Virus record (IMG/VR): IMGVR_UViG_3300034101_004588
Span: 146,957 to 210,956 of that record
Length of the DNA stretch: 64,000 nt
Strand: one strand, 5' to 3'
Part shown: piece by piece, positions 62,860 to 64,000 of the stretch
How the letters are laid out: each line of letters starts with the position of its first letter
Position numbering within the stretch: the stretch's first letter is position 1
Notes under the pieces: generated by a model
Databases searched by the model: none
Told to the model about the DNA's origin: nothing
Seen by the model: the letters and a program-made list of their open reading frames with translations, nothing else
Translations under genes and position numbers: made by a program

Positions 62860-63414
62860 ATGGAAGAAATAGAAAAAGATTATAATTTAGTAACCGAGAC
62901 ATATGATGATTGGGACCGTCTCATTTATAAGAATTATTATAGAGGTGTCGTTCCTAGCAGAAAAGGTATTACATCACCTAATAACAAAAAACCTAAAAAA
63001 TTATTATATCAAGATGTCTATGTGTACGAGGGTAAGAAAAGAATTCACTCTCATATAAAGAGAGTTTATCAGCCAATGATAGATTTTATAGGTTTAGCTA
63101 GAGGAGGATCCGAAAATACCATAATAACAGCAACAGCAAATTTTTCCTGTGGTTCAATAATTTTGGTATCTGGTTTTGTCTGGAGTGCAAATCAAGATAG
63201 TTTAGCAAATTTAATGTGTAGTCCTCCCAACTTTTTGGTTAAATCTTTTGGGGACGAACCCAATGCGTTATTTTTAAGAGGTACACAAAAATATTTAGAA
63301 AACAATACGTTAGGTCAAAAGGTACATTCTATAACTGAAGCTGGTACTGTTTATTTTAAAGCTTTTGCTCAGATTGAAACTGGGACTCTTTTTTCTAAAA
63401 CTTTAAGTGTATAA
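62860..63414 (+). CDS. hypothetical protein
   Basis: 184-aa ORF. Confidence 0.75.
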   Translation: MEEIEKDYNLVTETYDDWDRLIYKNYYRGVVPSRKGITSPNNKKPKKLLYQDVYVYEGKKRIHSHIKRVYQPMIDFIGLARGGSENTIITATANFSCGSIILVSGFVWSANQDSLANLMCSPPNFLVKSFGDEPNALFLRGTQKYLENNTLGQKVHSITEAGTVYFKAFAQIETGTLFSKTLSV

Positions 63415-63859
63415 GTTTAATTTACCAAACGATCTTAATAAGTTCTTTGAAGTATTAGAATACTTTGAATATAAACCAATTGTTATTGGTAGTTTTGCTG
63501 ATTATTTTTTATTAAAGCAAGATAAAAAGACTATAAAAGATTTGGATATTCTTGTAAATGATTATAATGAATTAAATTGTGATTTATCTGGATTTTTAGA
63601 TGTTAAATCTAAATTATATGAAAAGGTTCTTTTTGGTAGAGTCATTAATGATTATACTGTGGAAGTTTATAAAGACTCCACATTTGATTATAATATGAAT
63701 AGTTTTAAATTAAATGATTACGATTTTAAAATTTGTACTCCACAATACCGTTTAAATTACCTTAAAAATATACAAAATAATATTGTGGCTTATAATAAAG
63801 ATTTAAATAAAATAACAAATCTTGTTAAAGAATACACAAAAAGGTATAGTTTAGATTAA
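63407..63859 (+). CDS. nucleotidyltransferase-like protein
   Basis: VIGSFA...IKDLDILV (GS...DxD); GTG start. Confidence 0.6.
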   Translation: MYKFNLPNDLNKFFEVLEYFEYKPIVIGSFADYFLLKQDKKTIKDLDILVNDYNELNCDLSGFLDVKSKLYEKVLFGRVINDYTVEVYKDSTFDYNMNSFKLNDYDFKICTPQYRLNYLKNIQNNIVAYNKDLNKITNLVKEYTKRYSLD

Positions 63860-63872
63860 ATAAATATATAAT

Positions 63873-64000
63873 ATGGAGAAAGAAAATAATACATTTGTAG
63901 ACAGTGGTATTATGGAGCCTCTCCCCCCCATCTTCAAGGGTGAAAGGATTAAGATTTACCCGGGCAATCTTGCAAAGCGTACAGGTAATGTAAGACAAAG
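63873..64000 (+). CDS. hypothetical protein, truncated by the window edge
   Basis: ATG after TAAATA, open to the end. Confidence 0.6.
   Translation, partial: MEKENNTFVDSGIMEPLPPIFKGERIKIYPGNLAKRTGNVRQ

Overview
AT-rich segment of a large T4-like (myovirus-type) phage genome. Evidence: a gp20-type portal gene, TATAAATA/TAAATA late-promoter boxes and very dense coding. It carries nucleotide-metabolism genes (class II RNR, dCMP deaminase), 23 tRNA genes, a tmRNA with a 34-codon tag, a visibly GC-richer block of small early genes (~32-39 kb) each driven by copies of one promoter cassette, and virion genes (52.9-64 kb). A DUF4032-like small ORF hints at a Verrucomicrobia-type host (inference). 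Two candidate undescribed systems stand out. (1) A 22-aa leader peptide plus mutually exclusive antiterminator/terminator hairpins sits directly upstream of the main tRNA array, i.e. a ribosome-stalling attenuator that could switch on phage tRNAs when tRNA supply fails. (2) About 20 small proteins and polyproteins share a (L/I)xE-N-K-L-x-(A/G)-(L/F)-K-x-F signal, resembling protease-processed, capsid-packaged internal proteins, many built from one diversified FG-x-P...W-x-I-x-F-x-DG domain. Also noted: tRNAs with a co-varying non-canonical D/T-loop elbow, an Ile(UAU) tRNA with a long variable arm, and several unexplained structured RNAs inside the tRNA array. All calls are by-eye motif recognition; no searches or folding programs were run.
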